A stretch of DNA of 64,000 nucleotides from Lingula anatina (lineage: Eukaryota > Animalia > Brachiopoda): assembly GCA_051362555.1 (NCBI GenBank), contig CM120645.1:16926001-16990000 (forward strand), written 5' to 3'. The position numbers and the translations under genes are program-made. The number at the start of each line of letters is the position of its first letter. Position 1 is the first letter of the stretch. Below the pieces are notes generated by a model. That model worked only from the letters and a program-made list of their open reading frames with translations. It ran no database searches and was not told where the DNA came from. Shown one piece after another: positions 24,501-36,500 of the stretch.

Positions 24501-27500
24501 ATTTATTATCCCACAAATATAACTGAACCTTAGGACGGAATGTTGTCTCATCATTATAAGATCTCGCTGAACAGTCTGCTTATATCAAGCCGTATCTGCT
24601 TTTGGTATTGTCATCCAGTGTTGCATAACAGGCTAATTCAGTAAATAAATCAATCAAGTTTCTTCTCTTTAACTGATTACAGGGAAAATGTAGCATAACC
24701 TGATAATACTAATAACAAAAACAATAATAACCGTAATGATTTTATAATAATTAAATTCTGACGGTGTGAATACGCGTCGATGCCGCCCCGGCCCGATGAA
24801 TTTTGATTGGCTCTAACAGTTGGAAGGGAAATCTAGTTGTGAAAGCAAGTAGGTATGTCCAGAGGAGTACACCTTGGTGAGAGTGAGCAAAAACCCCATA
24901 GCGTAAACGTTGCGAGTCAGATTAGTATACCACTCGATGTGAAAAGTTCCAAGGCCTGTCTAGGTAGTAATAAACTCACTGAAGGACTCGCAATGAAAAA
25001 GCTGGTGTTGAAGAATTATTCGCATGGCACAGCCACTAGGGACTCTCTTCATCAAGACGCTAAACAGGTAGCTATATGAATTACGTACATCAGAACGACA
25101 ATATTCAGATATTATGTTTTTGTTTCTGTTTGTCTGTTAGCTAAATTATGGGAAAAGGGGGAGGGCGGAATTTGATGCAATTTTTCGAAGCTCTCGGGAG
25201 GGGACAAAGTAAGAAAATATTACATCTAGGATCAAACATTATTTTGGTCCAAGAATTGATGTTGGTGGTGTTCCATTAATTAATAAAAAAAACATAATAT
25301 TTTCACTCTTATTTTTTAGCCTTTGCATCCTGATTAAAATTAATCATTGAAGTCTGTTTGTTTGTTAGCAAACAGTTGGAGAGGAATTTAGATGAAATTT
25401 TCAGGTTAGGTAAAAAATGGACTCGATTTTGGTTTAGTCAGAAAATAAATAATGTGAATTAAGTTGTCTTGGCACAGGTTAGCACTCTCTGAGTGATTTT
25501 CTAGATTTTGTGATAATAACTTCTTATCACAATGACCTCATCAGGGTGAATGCCTGCAGGTTGCTATTAACTTGAACTAAACATGAAGATGGCCAATATA
25601 TAAACATTAAACAAAGACATTCAAAGAAACAGAAAAGGTTGTGATAAGTTTGATGGTGACAGAAGTACATTTGAAAGAATTAATCTCATCAGCATTATGT
25701 GATATTTAAGAAAAATTGACAAAAGCATTTTTTGCACTACCATCACAAAAATGGTTGTTCATTATTCTAAAACTGTTTCAATGTCATTGCTATCATTTCT
25801 GTCATTAATATGTCTGTCCATTTGACATTTTTTCTGTCCTTTTTTAATATTGCTATATTGGTGATGTACAACTGGAATATAAGTCTGATTTTTAGCTCCC
25901 CCTCAAATGTTGCACCTTGTGATATGCCCATTGATTTCTGATTAAGGATAACATAATGATCATGATAAAATTTAACTGATTAAAAGATGAATGCACCAAA
26001 ATCTAATTACCTTGAACTTACCATGACACAAATGAAATACACTGTAATCTCGCATGAATATGGGACCATTCAGATTGAGAAGAGCCGAGTGCTAGTAAGA
26101 CCGCAACCGAAATATTGCAGACCTACATGAAAGGAAGACCTCTAATCCTGTAATGGTCTCTCCGCCTCTCACTCGCCTCCCCACGCATTGTGTATATCAT
26201 CCATTACATTCAAATCAGTCACAACACTCCCTCTATCTGATAACCAGACAGAAATAATTTTGCCTCTTTTAGTTTGATTTTTTAGCCCCTTATAGTATTT
26301 TTTGTTAGGTTTTTGCACTTTTGACATTTTGAACTACATAAACATCATGACAAAGGGAAAGAAGCTGTAATTGATATAACCAATGAAAAAAATTAATTGG
26401 CTGTTCTTTATCAACTGATTTCAAACTTAAAACACCAAAGAACTCAATGAAAAAGTACTACAGCCACTTCTACCACAGGTAATAATTACTGTATGATAAT
26501 AAAGAAATGATACTGTTACTTATAATAATATCAGATTATAATAATCATGAAAGTAACAATACTACTAATAATGATAATTTGATACTTTCAGTCCATTTGC
26601 CCACTGGCATCCATTTGCACAGGTGCCTTTGTCATCAAACCGTCAACTGTACCACCACAAGAAGCAACAGATCGCAATAACGACCAAATCCAGGTCGAGG
26701 CTCTCGACTTCATTGATCAGTATTATTGCCATCTTAACCGGTATGGAGATGTTTATAATAATTAATCATATATGAACATTGACTAATTTCAAAATAGATG
26801 TATTTAAAAGGAAGTATTAAAAATAACTATATAAATACAGAATCCAATGATTAATTTACACTTTATCTTAATTTTCATTATTTTAATTTTTGTTAATAAT
26901 ACTTTTAAAAAATTATGTTGAACTTGTTAATGCTAAATCATCTTCCCTGAACTCTTTGCAATTTCACCCTTTTTATTTCTGATTTGTGTGATTAGTGTTG
27001 TACTGGTAACATGCTTATATTTTTATATCTTATTTTGCTTTCCCGATTGTTCATCTCAAATAATCACACATAAGAAAGACATAAAAGAACACCATTCCAT
27101 CCTCTGTTTCTATTTTGAAGAAAGGACAGTGAAGAACATCTGCAGCGGAAAGTAGTTGTGGCTCAAGCTATCCAAGACACAGGGACGTACCACATAGAGT
27201 ATGATGAACTTGTCTTTGGTGCCAAAACTGCCTGGCGAAATGCCTCACGTTGCTCTGGGAGAATTCAATGGAAAAACCTTCAGGTATGAGCTATTATCAA
27301 AGACCAGTGAACAGTATAAAGAAGGTTGGTCTTTTAAGATATTAAAATAGAGTTTATATTTTTCCTGTCTTATCATTTTAATTGTTCATTAGTACTGGAG
27401 TATATTTCTCACTTGATCTGTCTTAAAATCAAGCTCTCTCGATCTTCATAATTATATTGATTACCAGGTATTTGATGCACGTGAGATACAGACAGCTGAG

Positions 27501-30500
27501 GAAATGTTCAGAGCGATTTGCCATCACCTCACCTGGGCAACAAACGGAGGAAATATCAGGTAGGTTTATTGAGTTGCTACTTATGACTTGATTAATTACT
27601 TCACCAATTAACAAACCATTTTACTGCTTTAGAATTTGCTCTAGTTTTGTGCGCCCTTAAATGCTCTTTGTAATCATTGTCTGATTCATAAAGCCATGTC
27701 TTTAATTAATCATTTCAAACCATAATTATTTAGCCTAAATATGTCTGAAGTGATGATGACCAAACCACTGCTGAGCATTGCTCTTTTTGCTATAACTAAA
27801 TAGATCCACGCTAGAGAGGCAATCAAATTTGATAGCTAACTGCATAACTAATCAGAAGTTTCTTCATATTTATATAACAGGTCTGCCATGACGGTGTTTC
27901 CAGCACGCACAAACAAGAAGAAAGACTTTAGAATTTGGAACTCTCAGTTTATCCGTTATGCTGGATACAGGATGCCAGGAGGACATATTATTGGGGATCC
28001 ATCCAATTTATCATTTACTCAAGTAAGGATCATTTTCTCCTTTTGTATTCCCTTTGCAAAATTCTTTTTCTATCATTGAAAATCTTTCAGGCATTCAAGC
28101 ACTACTCATTATTTTGCACTAGGTAGTTATCAAAACTGTAGACCAAACTGTATTCCAAGTATATGTGTCTTCTTGTTGAATCTACTTTATTTATTTATTT
28201 ATCTATTTATTTATTTATTTTGTCCCTTTTTTCAAATTGATTTTGCTACCAGTCTTATTAAGATTTTTCTCATATCAAAATCCATCACATACTTCTAATT
28301 AACATGTTTATTCATCTCGATAGACATTTGAGTTTTACTCATGACCCAGTCCAAACTTAGGCCGGTATCACACCCCCAGCTGCAGTATACTTATGTGGAC
28401 ACTACTCTACCCAACACTTCTTGTCTCTGTTTCAGAAAAAATTGGAAATGTCATATAACCACTGTTTGTGATTTCCAAATAACTGTGCACCTTGGGGTGA
28501 GAAGAGAGCAATTAATTTAATTTCACATGTTTTCATAATATCTTTCTGTTTGTAGATTTGTGAAAGGTTGGGTTGGAAGGGGAAAGGTGGCCATTTTGAC
28601 GTCCTTCCTTTGGTACTCTCTGCAAATGGGGAACCGCCTGAACTGTTTGAGATTCCCAAAGAAATAATATTGGAGGTGGAACTGACACATCCTAGGTAAG
28701 CAATGGCATCTCATACTACTTTTAACAAAAACGTTGTCAAATACCTGATATTCATCCAAAGTCTCAGATGCCGTTCTTATACCTAGATCGATCTAGTGGG
28801 ATCGGTCCATCTATGAGGGGATTCTCACTAAATTGCACTCACTTAGATGGCACACCTACTGAAACTGTTAGGGGGTAATAAAGTATTCTTTAGCAGTTTC
28901 AGTAGGTGTGCCAGACATCTAAGCCACTGAAGCAGAGTGCAATTTAGCAAGAATCCCCTCAGGGACCGATCTCACAAGATCGATTTAGGTATGGGAATGG
29001 GGTCTCAGAGATAACTGGTAATTCACCTCTTCTATCAGAACACCACTCTGCCACTTCCAGTGAACAGCAGGAGTATGGTGATAACAGAGGTGGGTTTCCA
29101 GAACCTCTGAACTAAAGAGTGTGATATACCATACACTTATATACCGTAAATCCTAATTTGAATTTGTCATTCATAAAAATTTGGTTTGACAAATAAAATT
29201 ATGTTTGGTGCATTTTTTCCATATGTCTGACATTCTAAACCAAACGGAGGCTTAAGTTTGTGGTGTTTGTTGAATGTTTTAGATTTGACTGGTTCAAAGA
29301 GTTGGGACTGAAGTGGTATGCAGTACCTGTTGTTTCAAACATGCTATTTGACTGTGGAGGGTTGGAGTTTCCTGCTGCACCATTCAATGGCTGGTACATG
29401 GGCACAGAAATAGGGGCAAGAAACCTATGTGATGTACAGAGATACAACATTCTGGAGGTATGTAGATTTTATCTGGCATGGGCTGTGGTGTCTTTTATGA
29501 TTCACACTGACCTGACTAAGAAATTCTATTGCAGACACATACTTTTAATTTGAAAACTTTTATAGTTGTCATATAATATTTTTATCTCATCATGTTGTAC
29601 ACTAAATAAGACTGTGTTTTTACGTATAAAGATTGATATGCCAATGATATCAAATATTTTTATCTTAAGTAAAATATACTATCCTGAGCACCAGGTCATA
29701 TGTTTGCCAGCTCTTTATTAGCAATCCTCCATATGTGAATGCTTGTTGAACTCTGACATTTAGCAGAAAATTTGTTTGACATTTACTGCATTAGTCATAA
29801 ATATGCATCCAGTAGCTGCATGTCATGGCTCTGTATAAGGACATGTGACATTGTTAATAGTCCTGTCTGACATCTGTGATTTGCACAACTAACTGGAATT
29901 ACTGTAAATGCCTCTTAAGTTCTGACAGACACAAATGTAAGGAAATTTGAAAATGAAGAAGCTGGGCTACATTGGCTTTAATTTGAAACTGGCTAAACAT
30001 CCCTGTGTGTTGTGCAATGTTTCAGATAGTGGGTCAGCGTATGGGGCTGGACTGCAGGTCCTCTGTGAACCTGTGGAAAGACCTGGCACTGGTGGAGGTG
30101 AATATTGCAGTACTGCACAGTTACCAGGCAAGTCATTCAAAATATTCTACCTCTATGCATTGCATTTCATTTTAGACTGCTCAAAAAATCATTTCTTGTC
30201 AGAATTAAGACAAGAAAAATAAAACACTTTTGTATATTTATATTTTTTTCTTCATTAAAAAAATTCCCAATGACCATTTTGTTCACAGAAAGCCGGGGTG
30301 TCCATAGTAGACCACCACACTGTGGCTGAAAGTTTTGTGCAATTCATGCTTCAAGAGGCCAAGACCCGTGGTGGCTGTCCTGCTGACTGGGTGTGGATTG
30401 TGCCCCCCATCAGTGGGAGCATTACGCCAGTTTTTCATCAAGAAATGGTCAACTATACCATCAAACCTTCATTTGATTATCAGGTAACCAACAGTGTTCT

Positions 30501-33500
30501 TTATTTCTAAATCTGAGAATTGATATATAATAAGACAGTTTTAAGCAATTTCATTTTTTTCTTTTTTATTAAAAGAATTTTAAGTGTGAAATATGACATT
30601 GTGTAACAAGAAACTGAAGCAATTGGACTTAATGGCAGGGTTTGTTATGGTCATTACTATAACTAATATGAATTCATAAATTAGCAGAGCAATGATAGTT
30701 AAAATGCTAAATCCTACATATAATCCAAATGATAATTTATAATGAGCTAAAGCAAGTTTCAGAAGAAAGTTATACATAAAAATGACCTTACTTTGCAGGA
30801 GGATCCACCATTACTGCTACTGAATCAGTTAGACAAAGAGAAAAATATGAAGAACTTGGTGTTTGGAATTTTCAGGTACAAATCTGTGAGAAAGTACATC
30901 AAAATGTTTGAATGACAAATTTTTAATTAATTTTTTGAATGAATAGAAAATATTTTTATTTTATGGTTTCTGATAATAAGCCAAGAGTGAATTGGTTACT
31001 CATTTCACAAAATCAGTTTTGAATTAGTTTTGTAGGAAATATAATCCTAAACGATGCTTTCTTTGTTATGTTTTTTATCTCTCTCTATCTCTGATATCAA
31101 ACCATTTTATTTCTAGGGCTGTTCTCTTGGCTACAAAGCTAAAAATGAAAATTCGGAAGTGCAGGCCTAGATGCCTCATTCTGTTTGCTTCAGAGACTGG
31201 AAAATCTGAACAATTTGCAAGAAGATTGGAAGCAACAATGGGAAGAGCCTTCAATGCGAGGGTGAGTGTACGCTATCTTTTAAATCACAAATAGCTGAAA
31301 ATGCTGTGACCAAATTAAGCAGCAGAGCCAAATCAACAAATTGATGAAGATTTTTTTTTTTTTTTGTTTTCAAAAAAATAACTTAATTACAATAAATTAT
31401 TCAAGGAAATTATATAAATATATCTGTGTGAACCCAGGGGCTAATCAGAAATCTTTTATGTCATTAAAATGATAAAGTCTTTTTATTTGTAACAATGGTA
31501 ATGGTAACACCAGTATTCTCAAATGAATTTCCAACATCTTTTGTTTTCTCACCATTTCCAAACAATTTAATACCTCACAGAAATTAACAATTTTATACCT
31601 CCCTGTAACAAATACTTTTATGCCTCACTGAGACAAAGAGCCTAAAGATTTTGGACTACAATTCAGTGGGGGAATTCAGTTTGTAATAAAATGTCAAAAA
31701 CCACACCTTTTAAGTCTTAAAAGACCTTTTTCAGATCAGAAAATATTATGGAGTGATAATACTTGCACAGTGATTCACAATGACACAAATATTGACGATG
31801 ATTAACCATCATGACACTTTCAGAATAATCTAAATGTTTGACTTCAATATACTAGTATAAGTACATTTGACATGCACAACTAATAATAAGCAGAACATTC
31901 CCCTTCCTACTACAGACAGTGTGTATGGAAGACTACCCTGTCTACAACTTCCTTCAAGAACAGCTAGTTCTAGTGGTGACCAGTACATTTGGACTGGGCA
32001 GTCCTCCACTAAATGGAGAGGTGAATGAGCATTTCAGTTTAAAAAAACAATGTCGTCATTGTAATTTATATGGTGAAGTTTAACAGTGTGTGTGCATCAG
32101 ATAGAAATAGAAAGAGGGGATAGAGAATGAACATTGCAATGTAAAAGAATGTCTTCATTGTAACAAATTGGCTAATATAGAATGTGTACGTTGTATGTGT
32201 ACGTGTAATCAAGCACGTACTCTGTATATGTGGTCTAAGATGAAGTGAGAGAACTTAACAGATCATGTCTTATTTCTGTTACAGACATTCTTCAGAGCTC
32301 TAGAATCCTTTGAAAAGAATCTTTCCAATATAAGGTACTATAATCATTTCACTTTAATTGGTGTCCATCTATTTCCCTTCATGACATAATTTGAGCCCAA
32401 AACTATAAATTCTGCCTTGCTTCCCTTGGTAAATATAAAACAACAGAAAAGGGCAATTTTACTTATAATATGTAGGGTACAGAGATAGAAAAAAATCACG
32501 TAGGTTTCTCATTTTGCTTGAATACCAGGTTTGCAGTGTTTGGCCTGGGCTCCAAAGCCTACCCTCGATTCTGTGCATTTGCTGTGCACATTGATAACCT
32601 TCTGAGGAACCTTGGCGGTCAGCGCATGACCTCACTAGTGAAAGCGGACAGTCTGAGTGGACAAGAAAAACCCTTCGTTAAGTGGTCCAGGCAGGTTTAC
32701 AATGTAAGTTTGTCAAATGCATAAATTGCACATTAAGATCTTTATACACTACTAAATTAATTTTCTCAGAAATTTAAACAAATTTTTCTTTATCATCCTA
32801 TCTCGAATCACCAAGAAAGTATCATCCAACAAACTTTTTAGAACTTTTAATTTAAGTTTTAAGCTTTTGATTTAAGTTCTCTGTGCAGGTCATAGGACTG
32901 CTCTGCTGGGATACACTGTAGAAGCCCACAAATTCAACTTAATGACATTCTGTGAAGTTTTCTAATACTATTAGAACTCGATAAATGCAGTCATCTAATG
33001 ATCGTCCACTGAGATAAATAAATTGTCAATCAAAACTTTTAGTTATATCTTATTGTTTGTAAATCATATTTTAATAAATGGCTACATATTTTTAAAATAC
33101 TAGGCACACTACAAAATTACTCTTAAATTTAGGGCAAAATTTCAGTTTGCATGCTTTTGTAATAAAGGGGACATTGTTTATTAGAAATGAGACAATATAT
33201 GTTTGTTACCTGTATAAATGGTGTTATCAAAATAATACCATCAAATAAGATATCAATTATTTCATGACAGGAAGCTTGTGCTTTGTATGGGTTGTTGACT
33301 TTCAAACACGCTGATGACATCGAAGTGACCACTGAATGGCATGAAGAGAGATTTCGTTACACAGTGGTCGGCAAAGAGGAGGACATTATCAAGGGTAACA
33401 ACAGTCCAATGAAAAGAACAGTCATCCATTCCCTCTATTAAAATACCTGTTTTGATTTTAAAATGATGCAAAAGTTACCAATTATTAAAATTGGTTAAAA

Positions 33501-36500
33501 TGCAGTATATTTTGTAAATGTGTCATCTCTTCAGGCAATACTTATTCCTTTTTCCCTTTTCCATCATACACCATAAATTTTATGCAATAAAGTTTGACAA
33601 AAAGCATTTCTCTTTATATCTTTATATCTACAAATCACATTTCTATTGTGCCAGGTCTCTCTGAAATACATGGGTACCAGATGCAGTCCTTCAACATAAT
33701 AAGTTCTACAAATCTGCAGGCAAAAAGTTCTGGGTAAATAATTTCTTATCATCAATCATTTCATGTTGAGTAATTTTAAAACCCATGGATATGTATTACA
33801 TGTAGCTGGTATTCATTCTCAGTTTCTTCAGAAGAATAACCACTATTTGGTAATGAGCTACAAAACTAGAGCAATGACTCAATCTTTTTAAGTGGGAAAA
33901 ATTATTAATTATTCAGACACATCGTTTTGTGTCTACATTTCAAATTTAAATGGGAATATTCTAATTTTAGGAATCTATGACCTAGAAATACATTATCTGT
34001 AAATGCAGTACAATTTTATCCATTGAAAAGATTGAGTCATTACCATGTAACTGTAAGGCTATGAGTATATTCGGTATTAACAGAAAACAAGCTGTCATTG
34101 TCTAAGATAAAATAATTTCTTGTTCTTTTAGACTGAGAACACTGTCAGTTAAACTGCAGAGCACCACCAACAAAGACAAGCTGGTTTACCAACATGGAGA
34201 CCACTTGTTAATCTTCCCTACCAACAACATTGCCATGGTGACAGCTATCATTCAACGAATCAAAGACCTACCTCTATGTGGCGCAGCTGTCCAACTAGAG
34301 ACCTTCTCAGTGAAACATAATGGTACTAGACATAGACATACTTCATTCTTAACTGATTGCCTAAGCCACTAAGTACCTGTGTATAAATCTTTAAATATGT
34401 CATATCATAACATCTGATGTATGTACCCTGAAGGTTTACGGGGCCTTATGATTTCAAGCAATAGATATGTGAACCATAAATTCCCTGTGGATAAATGCAT
34501 TTTCCTCAATATTCCAACAATTCTTTTCATCAAGCTATGAAACTGGCAGAGATAAGAAAATAATATTATCTGCATATCCACTTTTATAAAACTTAAATCA
34601 GTAAAAGATGTAAAATATTTCAATTTATTTACATCAAGTACAATGGTTAACATAAAAATTATGATTTATGAAAATAGGTTATGGTGATTTAATATGAAAC
34701 TGTACACATACAATATTCGCTAGATCCTGGCAAAAGCACTTCAGTTTAAGCCCAGTCTGTATTTCTCAGCACTTGTGCTGAAGTAGAAATATGATAATGA
34801 CATTTCTATTTTCTAATCATGTTTATCAGATCAATAAAACTCAAAGCACTTTGGTCATTATATTTGATAAAATATGATATTCCATGTTATGATTCCTTTC
34901 AGCATGGGGTTCACACCCTCGCCTTCCCCCATGTACCATCCAGATGGCGCTGCTGCACTACCTGGATATCACGAAACCCCCAACACAAGACATGCTTAAA
35001 GGTTTGGCACAACTGGCAACAAACAACAAGGAACACAACAGACTCATAACACTGGCAAAGGTGAAAACAATAAATATGTTGTAATACAGATATTGCTTTG
35101 TTTAAATAAGCAAGTTATATCAATATTGATATGGTATCAAATTTCTTTCTCAGATCACAGTGAAAGTTTATTGATATATAAGTACTTGTTAGAATTTATT
35201 CATTTATTTTGAGCATCGTAAGAAAATTGTGCAGGCCTCTAAGAGCCTTGGTGCTTTGCATTCCAGAACGAAGAAGCATATCTACAGTGGAGGGACTACA
35301 AGATGCCAAGCATTGTAGATGTCCTGAGTGAGTTTCAGTCCATACAATTGCCTGTGGCATTTTTGTTGAGTCAGCTGCCTATTTTGGAACCTCGCTGTTT
35401 CAGTGTCAGTTCCTCCCCTGATGTGCACCCAAACGAAATCCATTTGACAGTTGGGGTCCTGCAGTACAGGACAAATGGTAACTATGGCAACTGCACTTAA
35501 GATTAGCACTCTCTCTGGTAACTGATAAATTGTATTCTAGCAAATGCAATTTTGGTGAAAAATATAATTATAGACTTCACTACAATAGGGAACACAGAAT
35601 AAAGAGATTTGTATTGTAAAGTATTTGCTGGCTAATCAGATGTTAAAACATACACAGAGGCTCTTAAAGGTCAAATTGGGGAGTTATTTCCCTCTGAATT
35701 TGCCTTCAGAGTCGTTTTTTTTTTTTTTTTTTTTAATTGAAATGGTTCACGTCCTGCTAAATGCACTTCTCTGACAATATAACTTTTCACTTAAAACAAC
35801 AGCTGTAATTGTGAAAAGAAAATTTCATCTCATCATACTAGTGTTTACAGAATAAGTTACTTTTCAGATGGCAGGCTCCATGATGGGTTGTGTACAACTT
35901 GGTTGGAAAATCTCGGACAAAATAACAACACAACAACCATTCCCTGTGCAATTAAATTGTGAGTTCACAAAAGTCTTTTTTCCCAAGTATCAAATAATTT
36001 AAGAGACAGGGGAGAAGTGTTTTTGAAACTATAAATTTCTTGCAATTAAATTACAGACTGTATTTTTTTAAATTAAATAATAACTAAAATTATTCAAAAA
36101 TAAGATTGGCAGAGAATTTTTGAAGACAGTCGAAAACATAATATGCTGTCATTAAAAATTGGTTGTCTCAAATGTTACTGAGGGACAAATTTTAATTTTA
36201 AAAGGTACAATTACTAATTGCAGTGACCAAAATACAGGACTGCATGCCCTTAGTAAAACAAGACACCAATCATTTAAAAAGTCAGTGTTTTGATATATGT
36301 GAGATATTTTACAATAAATTTGTTTACCCAAGCTTATAAAAAAACATTTTTAGTTTTGACAAGGGAAATTCCTCTGTGCATTTCTCTTCATGTACCTGAA
36401 TTTCTGAGAAACTGCTGCTAATTTCAGACACAAGACGTTCCAGCTTCCCCATAATGCAGGTGTTCCTGTTCTAATGCTTGGCATAGGTACTGGCATAGCT

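Noticed and set aside
23650-24840. NF-kB-like sites (gggaaaatct, gggaaattct, gggaaatcta) upstream of NOS exon B
   Set aside because: None fully matches GGGRNWYYCC. Such near-matches are expected by chance.
26380-26480. Possible third NOS hook exon (caatgaaaaa..cag|gtaat)
   Set aside because: No NY..D(T/S)LH similarity. The ATG frame ends in phase 2, which is incompatible with exon 26592.
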